A DNA stretch of 64,000 nt from a virus. Its lineage: Duplodnaviria; Heunggongvirae; Uroviricota; Caudoviricetes. Under the pieces are notes generated by a model, which saw nothing but the letters and a program-made list of their open reading frames with translations, had not been told where the DNA came from and made no database searches. The stretch is taken from positions 283,136 to 347,135 of IMG/VR virus record IMGVR_UViG_3300037455_000543; one strand, 5' to 3'. This document shows, piece after piece, positions 9,612 to 20,306 of the stretch (positions within the stretch are counted from its first letter, which is position 1; each line of letters opens with the position of its first letter). Position numbers and translations under genes: made by a program.

Positions 9612-12443
9612 CTAACAGAAGGAGGATGCAATTCTCAAGTATCTCTGGAAAGGTGTCTCCGGCTGTTTAGTTTCCAGCAGTGTGGCCATCTTTCTTCGAT
9701 CCATAGATTCAACCATTTCTTCAGGTGAAGTACTGTATTCGTTGTCGGTATTGAAGAATACGGTCTGGTTTCTCTTCATCACGGAAGCGATACCGTAACT
9801 GTTGAACGGAAGGTTCATCTTCAGAGGACCAGATAATACTACCCTACCTTCATCGTCATAAACCGTAGACGTGTTACCGTTCTTTACCAAGACATAATCG
9901 TTACCGAATGTGTTTACGATTTTACCTGGAATATTCTTTACCTTATTGGTCTTAACCCACCATTTATATTCATTATTATCAGTCTTAATCGTCATGATGT
10001 TCGTACCGTCATCACGATTTTCAAACCCAGTGATTTTTTCACCATGTACATCATCCGGTTTAACAACAGCATTACCGTTTTCATCATAGATTGCTTCAGC
10101 GGTACAGATATAGGTTTTCTTCTTGCCGTCTATGTACACAGCTTTAGCGTCAAGAATCTTATTAGGAATTTCCTTAACACCTTTTGCTGAGATATACCAT
10201 GCCTTAACAAATTCCCCTTGCGGATTGGTTCTATTGACCTTGGCAAAACCTCTGTATTCATATACATAGTAAGAATCACGGTCAGATATGTCATTAAGAA
10301 GAACATTACCATTAGCATCGTATGCAAAAACACCAGTACCGTTTCTGTACCTTCCAGCCATTACAACATTCTTGTCTTCAATGTACGCATCCTTAATACC
10401 AAAGGTATATACGTTTCCACCGTTAGCTTCTATATCAGGAATGGTATCATTGGCAGTATGGACTTTACCATCCGGTGTTACCCATTTTTTGGATGAACCG
10501 ATGATATAAGGAGATTCGAGATTTATGTTTGGTAATACGACAGTTTCACGTGTGGACTTAACATAAGCAGTATGGGTATACCAGTTATATGCAAAATTCG
10601 CATTAACCCTTACGTCAGACATATCATTGGTGTATACTTCATTGAATCCGTCAATCTCATTTCGATTAACCTGCGAAACAGTACCTGTCTTTATGTCAAG
10701 CTTATAAATAACATCTCTGTTTCTGAAGTACGGGAAAGAACCTTTACCAAACGGCAATAACTTAGCGTTGACAAGCTTCTTGGTTATGTACTTGTTTAAC
10801 TTCATGTCATAAACAGAAGATTGGTCATCGCCCGTGATGATAACGAGATAACGGTATTCACCAGACTTATCTTTGTGGACACGAGCACTAGCAAATAATC
10901 CTCTGCTTATAGGAGTAGGAAGAATCGCTTTACCTACATGATAAAACTGTACAGTATGATTAGTCGTTGCATAGAAGAATTCAGGGCAGTTATTTCCTTC
11001 TTCATTATACAATGCTTCAATGTTATTCACCCATTGAGTAAACAGTAATCTCTTATTGATGATATAATTTCTTTTACCAGTATGTCTATCCTTGACAACG
11101 TGATGCGTGATATTATTATTCACATCCCATGGGTATATGTAATATACGCCACGAAGATCCTGGTAATTATCATCGTCGAGTCTCTTATAAAGCTTGCTGA
11201 CATCGAAGTTACAACCGTTGACGTTATTTGCTTGTTCCCCGCCTTCATGGAACTTGAACTTCTGGCAGAATTCATCCTTGGTACAACCTACAATGTCGCA
11301 GAACTTATCGATTCTAGCGTTACAGAAATTATCTGCGAAACCATCCTTATGAGCAACATCGTGATTCTCTTGACCGAAATGGTTATATCTACTACAGAAA
11401 CCAGCAACCATTTCATCTGTCGGTTGGGGATCGCTTGAAAGTCTTACACAGATTAAGCTTGTACCCCACTTATCGTATGGTTCTGTTGCTCTGTTACCGT
11501 CTCTGGTACGGTCAAGCTTTTCGAATCCTTCCTTGAATACATAGTATGCAATCTGGGATCTACCACCCATACCGTACATGTTCCAGTGTCTTGGGTCAGT
11601 ATATGTGATACACCATTGGGCGCCGTTGTGTACCTGATCCCATGGGCAGTTAGGATATGTCCACCAGCACCAGGTCTTAGACTGAGCATGGGTATTGATT
11701 CGTACTGCCCAATAACCTTTGTTACCGATACGGAACTTGCCGTCTGTATAAGGTACATGTCCACCCCAATCCGCGTTTGCAAAAGGATCTTCTTCTACTT
11801 CAACGTGTACTTCCTCTGGATTTTGCGCTGCGTTCCATGCATTAAGCCATTCTCTCTCTGCATCAGTAACTTCTTCCCCAGCATCTATCCTACCCTGAAT
11901 GTCAGCTGCCCTATTCGCATTCGCGTTTCTTGCGTCATCCAACATTCTGTTCTTGCCAACGAACTTATCGCCGTAACCGTTGAGGTATATGTCCATCGCT
12001 TCGTCGTAGAACGGCATTACCACGCTGCTAAGCTTATAGAAGTTCCAACCATTCATATTGGTTGACAACCACTGTACCTGTGGAAGTCCATCCCACATCT
12101 GCTTCTGACGATACATGGTGGCCGCGAAATAAACCTTCTTCAGCGAAGCTTTCATACGGGTATTCGCAGGTCTATCAGTACCGTCGTTACATTCGGTCTT
12201 AAGAATTCTTACCAATCCTTCAACGAGGTTCTTGGTCCAGGAAAGCTTGTGAAGTACATCGATAGGGTGACAGTACTCGCTAACCGCCTTGTCCAGGTAT
12301 TCTTCAGCATCCTGCTTCTTCTTCGCATCTGTTACCTCAGTGTCATTGAACATCGGGAAACATCTTTCGTAATTATCAATAAGGAACTGTATAGCCCTTT
12401 TTCTACTTGCAACATCAGCTGCTTCATTTAATATCATACTCAT
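9612..12443 (-). CDS. Large late protein (943 aa), paralogue of 12507..15332
   Basis: TATAAATA-N4-ATG; central WCIT motif; beta-rich C-terminal half. Confidence 0.85.
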   Translation of the reverse strand: MSMILNEAADVASRKRAIQFLIDNYERCFPMFNDTEVTDAKKKQDAEEYLDKAVSEYCHPIDVLHKLSWTKNLVEGLVRILKTECNDGTDRPANTRMKASLKKVYFAATMYRQKQMWDGLPQVQWLSTNMNGWNFYKLSSVVMPFYDEAMDIYLNGYGDKFVGKNRMLDDARNANANRAADIQGRIDAGEEVTDAEREWLNAWNAAQNPEEVHVEVEEDPFANADWGGHVPYTDGKFRIGNKGYWAVRINTHAQSKTWCWWTYPNCPWDQVHNGAQWCITYTDPRHWNMYGMGGRSQIAYYVFKEGFEKLDRTRDGNRATEPYDKWGTSLICVRLSSDPQPTDEMVAGFCSRYNHFGQENHDVAHKDGFADNFCNARIDKFCDIVGCTKDEFCQKFKFHEGGEQANNVNGCNFDVSKLYKRLDDDNYQDLRGVYYIYPWDVNNNITHHVVKDRHTGKRNYIINKRLLFTQWVNNIEALYNEEGNNCPEFFYATTNHTVQFYHVGKAILPTPISRGLFASARVHKDKSGEYRYLVIITGDDQSSVYDMKLNKYITKKLVNAKLLPFGKGSFPYFRNRDVIYKLDIKTGTVSQVNRNEIDGFNEVYTNDMSDVRVNANFAYNWYTHTAYVKSTRETVVLPNINLESPYIIGSSKKWVTPDGKVHTANDTIPDIEANGGNVYTFGIKDAYIEDKNVVMAGRYRNGTGVFAYDANGNVLLNDISDRDSYYVYEYRGFAKVNRTNPQGEFVKAWYISAKGVKEIPNKILDAKAVYIDGKKKTYICTAEAIYDENGNAVVKPDDVHGEKITGFENRDDGTNIMTIKTDNNEYKWWVKTNKVKNIPGKIVNTFGNDYVLVKNGNTSTVYDDEGRVVLSGPLKMNLPFNSYGIASVMKRNQTVFFNTDNEYSTSPEEMVESMDRRKMATLLETKQPETPFQRYLRIASSFC

Positions 12444-12506
12444 ATACTATTTATAACGTTAAAGACTGCCCCTGTAAGGACAGTCTTCTATAAAATAATC
12501 AGAATT

Positions 12507-15332
12507 TTAGCAGAAATAAGCGGCTATATCTAACCAATCAAGCTTCTGTTTAACCTCTGTACCTTCAGTAAGGATCTTACCTATTCTTCTACGTTCCATG
12601 GATTCAACCAATTCATCCATCGTATCAGACATTTCGTTATCGATGTTGACGTACAACATACGGTTTCTTTTCTTGAAGCTTGCAACGCCGTCAGTACCGA
12701 AACCAGTAACGAACTTATAGACGTCATCGAATACGATTCTTCCCTCGTCATCTACCAATCTGGAGCGATCTGTAAGACGTTTACCAGGGAGGAAGATATA
12801 ACCGAATCCCATAGGAATATATGTTGACTCTGCAGATTCAAGTGGAATAACTTTCTTTATATTGACGTTGAGCATCCAGTATCTTCTGTTATAATCATTG
12901 TCCGTTATACCTATCCTGTACCAACCATATTTCGGATCAGCAACACTAACATTACGGACACTTCTTACCTGCGTTCCAAGGTCATAGATAATTTCCAGGT
13001 TCTTACCGTATATCTTACCGTCATTGGTAAAGAAGAAGAAATCATATCCATTATCGACATTTTCTAATATACTTGTATTTTCCAGAGACTTGGTCGTTAC
13101 TTCTCCATCGACGGTCACAGCAACGTAATATAAAGTCTCGTCATCAAGCTTTTTATGGGTCAATGTCAATGTACCATCCGGACTGGTATGAACTCTTTCC
13201 ATGACCGCATCAGTTTCATAGATCTTTTCACCATTGGTGTTGTAGAATCTGTACTTGTAACAGGTGTCGCCGTTTACACGAGTACGTTCATATGTTACAG
13301 TGATTCTCTTCTTACCGACAGTAGATACTTTCTCGACAGATTCATCTGAAGGAATACGGACTTCCTTACCATCAGCAGTTATATAATGCTTTCCATCGCC
13401 GAAGAATTCATTAGATAAGCTACTGTTTATGGCATATGTTCTAATATCATCTGAGAAATCAAACTTTTCACCTGTTTTCCTACAGTATGCATTAACTTCA
13501 TCATCAATAACAAAACTCTTATTTATTGCATATATAATATTATCCACATTAAAACCAAGCGGTACTGGAACAAGCTTGTGTGACTTACTGTCATAGTACT
13601 TATATTCGAATGCACCGGTTTCTTCGTTCTTTATATCCAAATACGGGAATTGTTTTTCTGTACCGTATTTAACTTCTCCAATGATAGGTGTAGGAGTAAT
13701 CCATCTACGAGTTTTAAGGTTATAGAAAGAATATTTATCGTCGTTAGAAAGACATAGAATATGATTTGGATTGACATGGTACGAATAATTTTGAGGTATC
13801 GGATCAGAAAGCAGCTGATGACCGTCTATATCAAAGAACTGCCTTTTACCATTCTTTATACCTTGGATCCACATGAAATTATTCTTATTTTCCCAAGATA
13901 AGTCTTGACACCATGGGATTATGAATCTACCATCCTTGAATATACTGCTTACTCTATTGGATCTATCATATACCTTATAAAACTTACCATATTCACTAAT
14001 TGATATCGCGCTAAAGTTGAACTTACGGTTATCAACAAACTCACCTTTAACGATCTTCTTCATTACGTCAGCAATATCTATATCGTCATCGTTTTTGAAC
14101 GGGAACAACTCAAAGAACTGATCCTTCGTAATTCCCAGTACAGTACAGAGAGCATCAACCCTTTTGCGTAAGAAGCTATCACCGTATTGAGGACCGTCAC
14201 CCCATTCTCTAGCAGTACCTGGACCGTAATGGTTATACCTGGAAGTTAAGTTTCTTACGAAGTCATTGTCCGGTTTCGTATCTTCGTCGACCATGAGACA
14301 CATCAAACTCCTACCCCATTCATCATTCGGCGCGGAAGCACTTGTCATAGGTCTGGTGAGATTCTGGAATCCTTCCTTGAATATGAAGTATGCAATACAG
14401 CGTGTACCAATACCGTAACCGCCGAAATGAGTACCTGGACCACAGATACACCATCTAGCGCCGATCTGACCAGCAAACGGACAATCCGGCCAACCCCAGT
14501 AGTACCAAGTACTTGCTTGGCTTTTCTGCGTAATCTTTACCGCATAATAACCGTCATTACCAACCTTGAAGATATTTCCCATAAACGGTTTATGTCCATC
14601 CCAGTTGGTTTGTGTCCACGGGTTTTCTTCTACCTGATCATTCTCTTCTTCGACTTCTGCTGCCTGATCCACAGCTCTTGCTGCTTCACGTTCAGCTCTA
14701 GCTCGCATTACGTTCATGAAGTTCTGCTCTTCTGCAGTCAGTTCTTCACCTCTGGCAATTTTTGCTTCAAGTTCTTCCTTTCTGGCAGCATCTGCTGCTT
14801 CCTTCTCGCGACGACGCTGGATTGCTCCTTCTCTGAAAGCTTCCTTGCCAGGCCATACATCTCCGTAACCTTCGTTATAAATCCTTACGAATTCATCGTA
14901 ATGCGGCATCACGACACTGCTGAGCTTGTAGAAACTCCAACCATTCATGTCCTTTGACATGATATCTTCCTTGCGAACCCCATCCCAGACTTGTTTCTGT
15001 CTGTACATCATTGCGGCGAAATACAGCTTGTGCATCTGACCGATCATTCTTTCGTTTGCAGGTCTTGCAGATTCGTCATTACATTCTGTCTTGAGGATTC
15101 TGACACATCCCTGTAACAAAGCTTTTGTCCAGTTACAAGCACGTTCGATATTCCATGGTTCAGCGTACGTGAGTTCAATGTTCTCCTCGTATTGCCTTGC
15201 CTTGACATCTTTTTCTATTGGAGATAGTTTCTGGTCTTCTAACGGGAAACATCTATTGAAATTAGCCTTGAGGAAGTTGATTGCTCCTTTACGGCTCTCA
15301 TTATCGATTGATTCAAGTAATAATTTATTCAT
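12507..15332 (-). CDS. Large late protein (941 aa), paralogue of 9612..12443
   Basis: TATAAATA-N4-ATG; shares RILKTECND, FYKLSSVVMP, SRYNH. Confidence 0.85.
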   Translation of the reverse strand: MNKLLLESIDNESRKGAINFLKANFNRCFPLEDQKLSPIEKDVKARQYEENIELTYAEPWNIERACNWTKALLQGCVRILKTECNDESARPANERMIGQMHKLYFAAMMYRQKQVWDGVRKEDIMSKDMNGWSFYKLSSVVMPHYDEFVRIYNEGYGDVWPGKEAFREGAIQRRREKEAADAARKEELEAKIARGEELTAEEQNFMNVMRARAEREAARAVDQAAEVEEENDQVEENPWTQTNWDGHKPFMGNIFKVGNDGYYAVKITQKSQASTWYYWGWPDCPFAGQIGARWCICGPGTHFGGYGIGTRCIAYFIFKEGFQNLTRPMTSASAPNDEWGRSLMCLMVDEDTKPDNDFVRNLTSRYNHYGPGTAREWGDGPQYGDSFLRKRVDALCTVLGITKDQFFELFPFKNDDDIDIADVMKKIVKGEFVDNRKFNFSAISISEYGKFYKVYDRSNRVSSIFKDGRFIIPWCQDLSWENKNNFMWIQGIKNGKRQFFDIDGHQLLSDPIPQNYSYHVNPNHILCLSNDDKYSFYNLKTRRWITPTPIIGEVKYGTEKQFPYLDIKNEETGAFEYKYYDSKSHKLVPVPLGFNVDNIIYAINKSFVIDDEVNAYCRKTGEKFDFSDDIRTYAINSSLSNEFFGDGKHYITADGKEVRIPSDESVEKVSTVGKKRITVTYERTRVNGDTCYKYRFYNTNGEKIYETDAVMERVHTSPDGTLTLTHKKLDDETLYYVAVTVDGEVTTKSLENTSILENVDNGYDFFFFTNDGKIYGKNLEIIYDLGTQVRSVRNVSVADPKYGWYRIGITDNDYNRRYWMLNVNIKKVIPLESAESTYIPMGFGYIFLPGKRLTDRSRLVDDEGRIVFDDVYKFVTGFGTDGVASFKKRNRMLYVNIDNEMSDTMDELVESMERRRIGKILTEGTEVKQKLDWLDIAAYFC

Positions 15333-15396
15333 ACAATATTTATAACGAAAAAGACTGCCTCATAAGAGACAGTCTTCAGCAGAATAGGAAATTCTG

Positions 15397-15654
15397 TTAA
15401 TTTTCTTTCTTTTTCCTGATAATTGTATAACGTCTTACCTGTATCTTACGTTGGGATTCGGTGAGACGATATTCCCGACAGGAAGGATTCGTGCAACGGT
15501 GTGTGTAGTAATAACCGCTTCCATAATATACTTCTGTCGGTTCACGTGGCATAATCACTTCATCTGTCACTTTCGTAGTGTCTGATGCCTTCTGGAAGTT
15601 ACCAGCGAAGGCCAAACCAGTCAGGATAAGGGAAATAAGGATTATCTTCTTCAT
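15397..15654 (-). CDS. Secreted hypothetical protein
   Basis: MKKIILISL...AFA signal peptide; AAAGGAG RBS. Confidence 0.7.
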   Translation of the reverse strand: MKKIILISLILTGLAFAGNFQKASDTTKVTDEVIMPREPTEVYYGSGYYYTHRCTNPSCREYRLTESQRKIQVRRYTIIRKKKEN

Positions 15655-15664
15655 TGTAACTCCT

Positions 15665-15904
15665 TTAGGTTTCAGGTTCATAGAACTTCGGGGTTTTACC
15701 AGAGATTCCGACTACATCGAAACGTTCTGCAAGGTCGGGATTGTTTTCGAGGAATTCACGTGCATCCTTAATATGATGGAATGCAAGGGATTCATCGGGG
15801 TCATCCGTTACCTTCACATTACCGACTCCAGCATCGATTCGTTCCTGGAAGTAGTAGTATTTGTAACCGTTCGTTCTCTTGGATTCAAGTGCGTAGTAAA
15901 TCAT
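15665..15904 (-). CDS. Hypothetical protein (TxDxxxAxxF family)
   Basis: RBS and promoter. Confidence 0.7.
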   Translation of the reverse strand: MIYYALESKRTNGYKYYYFQERIDAGVGNVKVTDDPDESLAFHHIKDAREFLENNPDLAERFDVVGISGKTPKFYEPET

Positions 15905-15985
15905 TTTAACCTCTTGCTTATGTCTATAATATAGAAAAAGGACTGACTTCTGTCAATCCTTCTCTAGGAGATTTATGGTAACAGT

Positions 15986-16474
15986 CTACTTCAGAAGCTT
16001 GATGAGCTGGAGGAGAGCGCCGGTCTTCTTCTTGTTGAGTTCAAAACCGAGGTCCTTGGCAAAGGATTCAACCTTGTCAAAGATTTCGTCGAAGTTCGGG
16101 TCAATGAACGGACGAGTCTGCTGTTCCTTCACATGGTCAGTTTCACCAAGGACAATCTTCTTGATTTCGTGACCAATCTTGAACATTGCTTCACGGTGTT
16201 CATGGACCTTCTTCAGAATCTGCTTACGTTCTTCGATTTCGTGACGGAGAGACATCTTCTTGGATTCGAACGTGTTCATGAGCTGTTCCAGCTTCAGAGT
16301 GCTCTTACCGTCGACACGGAAAGCGACAGATGCCTTCTTATGCTTCTTGTTGAGTTCACGCTTGAGATGCTTCCAGCAACGCTTGTGGTCGTGGTAACGT
16401 TCAATCAGGTTGTCCAGGATGGTGATTTCGGACTGCGTGAGAGTGGTTTGGATATCGATGAGCTTCTTCTTCAT
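15986..16474 (-). CDS. Basic coiled-coil hypothetical protein
   Basis: RBS and promoter. Confidence 0.8.
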   Translation of the reverse strand: MKKKLIDIQTTLTQSEITILDNLIERYHDHKRCWKHLKRELNKKHKKASVAFRVDGKSTLKLEQLMNTFESKKMSLRHEIEERKQILKKVHEHREAMFKIGHEIKKIVLGETDHVKEQQTRPFIDPNFDEIFDKVESFAKDLGFELNKKKTGALLQLIKLLK

Positions 16475-16544
16475 AAGTTTTTAACCTCTTGTTTTTTGAT
16501 GATTATAATATAGTTAAATGTTTGGGTTTTGTAAACGGGCAAGA

Positions 16545-17153
16545 TTAGATATGATACTTTAAGCCAACCTTTACCTGGAATCTGGTTTTCTTTCCTTCGG
16601 GAATTACGAATTGCGAGTTCAGAGAAGTATAGACAGACATGTGGTAATCAGTCCTTAAACCAGCTTCCAACGTATAGTTCATATCCTCAATCTTATACGG
16701 TAATTTTTCTACGGTGACATCTTCTTCATCGGTCGATACATAAGTTTCTTCGTGGAAAGTATTGAGTTCAACAATCGCCATATAACTCAGGTAGAACATC
16801 TCACCCATGTATACGATACCACCGAGACTTCCTGTCCATATACCATATTCGTCAACTACCGTTCCTTCCTTATTGTCATCGAGGTAACAGTCATACATGA
16901 GGTTTGTCTTACCGTTGACACCGAAAGCGAAGTTGTTATTCACCACATACAGTGCTTCTGCTCCGACACCAGCACTCCCTGCAAACCCGTTCCAGTGTTT
17001 TCCGATACCGCCATGAAGTGTGACATCGAAGTCAACAAAGGGCGAAATCTCAATCTTTTTCATGTCCGCACCGAATGAAATGTGTGCAAGACACAATACC
17101 GCCAGAATGATAGCGATACAGATAGAAGGACCAGGTGAAGTTTGATATTTCAT
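16545..17153 (-). CDS. Putative outer-membrane beta-barrel protein
   Basis: Signal peptide, amphipathic strands, C-terminal VKVGLKYHI. Confidence 0.6.
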   Translation of the reverse strand: MKYQTSPGPSICIAIILAVLCLAHISFGADMKKIEISPFVDFDVTLHGGIGKHWNGFAGSAGVGAEALYVVNNNFAFGVNGKTNLMYDCYLDDNKEGTVVDEYGIWTGSLGGIVYMGEMFYLSYMAIVELNTFHEETYVSTDEEDVTVEKLPYKIEDMNYTLEAGLRTDYHMSVYTSLNSQFVIPEGKKTRFQVKVGLKYHI

Positions 17154-17226
17154 AATTTCCTCTTGTTGGTTATAATATAGCAAATTCCGTAGATTCTGTC
17201 AATCCATATTTTTAGAATAAAACGAT

Positions 17227-17325
17227 TTAGTTATCACCCTTGGTCTTGGTTTCCTCGGAACGCGGAGTAGTCGCAATCACGACACCGCAACCAATCAGAA
17301 TCAAACTACCGAATACTGCTACCAT
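17227..17325 (-). CDS. Small TM peptide (32 aa)
   Basis: GGAGG RBS and promoter. Confidence 0.55.
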   Translation of the reverse strand: MVAVFGSLILIGCGVVIATTPRSEETKTKGDN

Positions 17326-17447
17326 ATAACCTCCATTGTTATACCTATAATATAGATAATTCTGAACTTTTTGTAAAGAAAAAAGACTGGAATATTTTAT
17401 CCAGTCAACGAAGATAACAATGGACAAAAGGAAAAATAGTCAGTCGG

Positions 17448-17801
17448 CTACTTTCCTTCAGTGAACAGTTTATACTGGTCAAGACAAACGGTTTCGATGA
17501 CATCAATCGTTTCGTTGATCTTGTTTTCCAGAGTGAACGGTGAATCATCGAACAGATTTCCGAAACTGTGCCAGTAGCTTGCTCTTGTGTTATAACGATC
17601 TCCGTCCATTGTAGTCATCACACAGAAGATCATGTCGTCGATATGCTTATAAATCGACAACTTATAACCCTTGTTTTCCTTGTCCCACAGTTCGACAGAA
17701 CCGTACTTCTCTTTAATGAGCAGTTTGCAACGGAAGACGAAATCGCCACTGTTAAAGTTCAGTTTTACGGTATTGCCGTTAATTTCGATTTTATATTTCA
17801 C
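17448..17801 (-). CDS. Hypothetical protein
   Basis: GTG start, AAAGGAG RBS; leader nearly identical to that of 23475..23969. Confidence 0.7.
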   Translation of the reverse strand: MKYKIEINGNTVKLNFNSGDFVFRCKLLIKEKYGSVELWDKENKGYKLSIYKHIDDMIFCVMTTMDGDRYNTRASYWHSFGNLFDDSPFTLENKINETIDVIETVCLDQYKLFTEGK

Positions 17802-17991
17802 GTGTTAATCTCCTTTCGATTATGATTATAATATAGTAAATTTCATATGTATTGTCAATACGAAAAAATCAGAATTATTTCATTAGTCATCCGGCGAGGC
17901 CATCGAGAACTGCGCTTAATATAATAAACTTAAAAGAAACCTGCCGAGGGTTAACTCGACAGGTTCAACAGGAGGTTAACATGAAAATCCT

Positions 17992-18978
17992 TTACGGAAC
18001 ATACAGAATTGTGGGATTGTCCTTATGAACATCACACATCTTCATCCAGAACTGATTCTTCAGGCAATAACCGTACCAGTAGAAATCAATCATGTGAAGA
18101 TCCCAATCACTGAGCTTATTCATCTTGAAAGAAATCTTGTTCTTATCCTTCTTAATAGTTTCATGTTCAGGAAGGAAAGATTCGAAATCCTTTGCCTTGT
18201 CCAGATACACATCCGTAAGTTCGAATGTCGTATACTTATTTTCAGGGTCAGTGAAAACTCTTGGAGTAGGTAACGTGATTCCGTTATCCTTACAGAAGTT
18301 ATTCCACTTTTCCGTCATGGTTTGCATATTGAACGGCTTGGAGATGATATGCTTACCATTCTTCGTCGGGATGATAGGAGTTTCATCCATAACACCCTTA
18401 ATAGTTCTTTCGGTAGCAAGTTCAAGACTTACTTCTTCACTAAGTTCAAGCTGATCACAGTAACCCTTTAATTTTTCTGCTTCAGACTTGATATGTCGTA
18501 CATACGGTTCACATTCGAACATCATCCTTAACATATCTTCCTGATACGGAACATATTCCTTATCGAGGTCAACAATCCATGTCTTATCATTTCCAGCAGA
18601 ACATACTTGTCCAGCAGCGGATGCGACGAGATGATAAGGAGAGTTAAACGTTTCACCAGACTTACATTGCTGGGCAATATGCATCATCATTTCCAGTGCG
18701 ATACTCTTGAATGTTCTCTTGTTGAGTCTGATGTAAGCTCGGACATTGAACATATCACACATCTTGATGATATCTTCCTTCACCTTATCGAAATAGTCGA
18801 GCGAGGGGATGAGATAATCCTTGATGGAACGTGAATGCATGTTGCCGTGATAACGCGGGTCAGCCACACCGTTCGTATGAGGGTCATCACTCTGACGCCT
18901 CAGTAATTGCACATAATAGCAATCGCCTTCGTCTTCGAATTTAAGTAAGCTTCTGATTTGGTCAAAATTATTTACCAT
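17992..18978 (-). CDS. AEP-superfamily primase/polymerase-like protein
   Basis: WIVDLD (hhhDhD), PTKNGKH (sxGxH) and C-terminal DVHKD motifs. Confidence 0.55.
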   Translation of the reverse strand: MVNNFDQIRSLLKFEDEGDCYYVQLLRRQSDDPHTNGVADPRYHGNMHSRSIKDYLIPSLDYFDKVKEDIIKMCDMFNVRAYIRLNKRTFKSIALEMMMHIAQQCKSGETFNSPYHLVASAAGQVCSAGNDKTWIVDLDKEYVPYQEDMLRMMFECEPYVRHIKSEAEKLKGYCDQLELSEEVSLELATERTIKGVMDETPIIPTKNGKHIISKPFNMQTMTEKWNNFCKDNGITLPTPRVFTDPENKYTTFELTDVYLDKAKDFESFLPEHETIKKDKNKISFKMNKLSDWDLHMIDFYWYGYCLKNQFWMKMCDVHKDNPTILYVP

Positions 18979-19051
18979 TGTCGTTAATCCTTCTGTTATT
19001 ATATAATATAGTAAGTTATTACGGTAATGTAAACCTGTTTTACCCTACAGA

Positions 19052-19357
19052 TTACCTTGTGCCATCATCTATCACAACGGATTCTGTTCCATCCTGTGAT
19101 TTGATTTCTGTTGGAAGAACAGCATATTGTGTAACGGATTCGAATGAGCGTGGTTCTGTGACATGACATGCGTATGGCCACCAACCCAACTTCTTACTTC
19201 TCTTGTTCCGAACGAGTTGAACTTGCATCAACGTGTAACGTCTCGTATCTCCCCAGTATGTGCAGACAAGACCAAGAACAACATGGTTAAGCAAATACTC
19301 CATAGAGTTCTCAGTAACTGGTACAAATTGTAACGTAGTTTCCAAAATCTTATTCAT
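19052..19357 (-). CDS. Hypothetical protein
   Basis: RBS and promoter. Confidence 0.7.
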   Translation of the reverse strand: MNKILETTLQFVPVTENSMEYLLNHVVLGLVCTYWGDTRRYTLMQVQLVRNKRSKKLGWWPYACHVTEPRSFESVTQYAVLPTEIKSQDGTESVVIDDGTR

Positions 19358-19455
19358 TTATTAACCTCTTCGTTATGCTTATAATATAGTAAAAGACATG
19401 GCCATTGTAACCATGTCTAATTCTGGATTTTCCTTACAGTTTACACCACTGCAAT

Positions 19456-19770
19456 TCAATCGTTGTCATGAGGAACTTCTACGAGTTCAGCGCCGTCACA
19501 GTGATGAATCCGATAGATCTTACCTTCGACTTCTTTAATCTTGATGTCTGCGCCGAAACCGTTATATTCCGCCGGAGTTAAAGATTCAAGGGTTTCGATA
19601 AGGACAGGATCATGACGTTTGATGTTGTAACCAGTTCTGATCTCACTTTCAGTAGGACAACCAACCATGGTTCCGTTACGCTTTTCATAAATCTCCATGA
19701 ACCGGATAATTGCAGTGTCAGAAAGTTTGAATCCACCGTAATCATCATTGTATGCAACTTTAAGTGACAT
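19456..19770 (-). CDS. Conserved viral hypothetical protein (YGGF.LS / RHDP family)
   Basis: NDDYGGFKLS, RHDPVLI, DGAE motifs. Confidence 0.7.
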   Translation of the reverse strand: MSLKVAYNDDYGGFKLSDTAIIRFMEIYEKRNGTMVGCPTESEIRTGYNIKRHDPVLIETLESLTPAEYNGFGADIKIKEVEGKIYRIHHCDGAELVEVPHDND

Positions 19771-19786
19771 GTTTTATCTCCTTTTA

Positions 19787-20005
19787 TTATCCTTCGTAAC
19801 CGTAAATGAAAATACCATCAGGGCAATGAATTTCATGCTGTACCTTATGAACTCCTGCATGGAAACTATTCCAATACGGTTTGGTATAAGTTCCAGCAAC
19901 GAATCCGGCGAATTGTTCCCTAGTTAATCCCTTCCACCATTCATGGGTTTCGGAATCAAAGATGTTGAAAACTTCGTAAGAGTTGTAGGTTGGTTTTTTC
20001 GACAT
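19787..20005 (-). CDS. Hypothetical protein
   Basis: RBS and promoter. Confidence 0.7.
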   Translation of the reverse strand: MSKKPTYNSYEVFNIFDSETHEWWKGLTREQFAGFVAGTYTKPYWNSFHAGVHKVQHEIHCPDGIFIYGYEG

Positions 20006-20080
20006 ATGTTAATCTCCTGTTTGTTTATAATATAGAAAAATCCAGAGTTTTCGTAAACCCTGGATATAATAATGTTCTGT

Positions 20081-20305
20081 TTAGCCAAATGTATAAGACA
20101 CAGTTTTCGTCATCTTCATCACAGTAAGTGTCTGTCCGGGAAAATTCTTTTCGAGATATTCTTTCCGTTCGTTCGCAGACTTTTCGTTATCCCACTTCAT
20201 TGCCCATTCCGGTGAGTTACAATAGACGATATGTTTCTTGCCAGCGAAGGACCAGTTCTGAACTGCTTTCCCTGTTCTGGTATTCAGTATGATGTATTTT
20301 TCCAT
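20081..20305 (-). CDS. Hypothetical protein (TxDxxxAxxF-like family)
   Basis: Operonic ORF. Confidence 0.7.
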   Translation of the reverse strand: MEKYIILNTRTGKAVQNWSFAGKKHIVYCNSPEWAMKWDNEKSANERKEYLEKNFPGQTLTVMKMTKTVSYTFG

Positions 20306-20306
20306 G

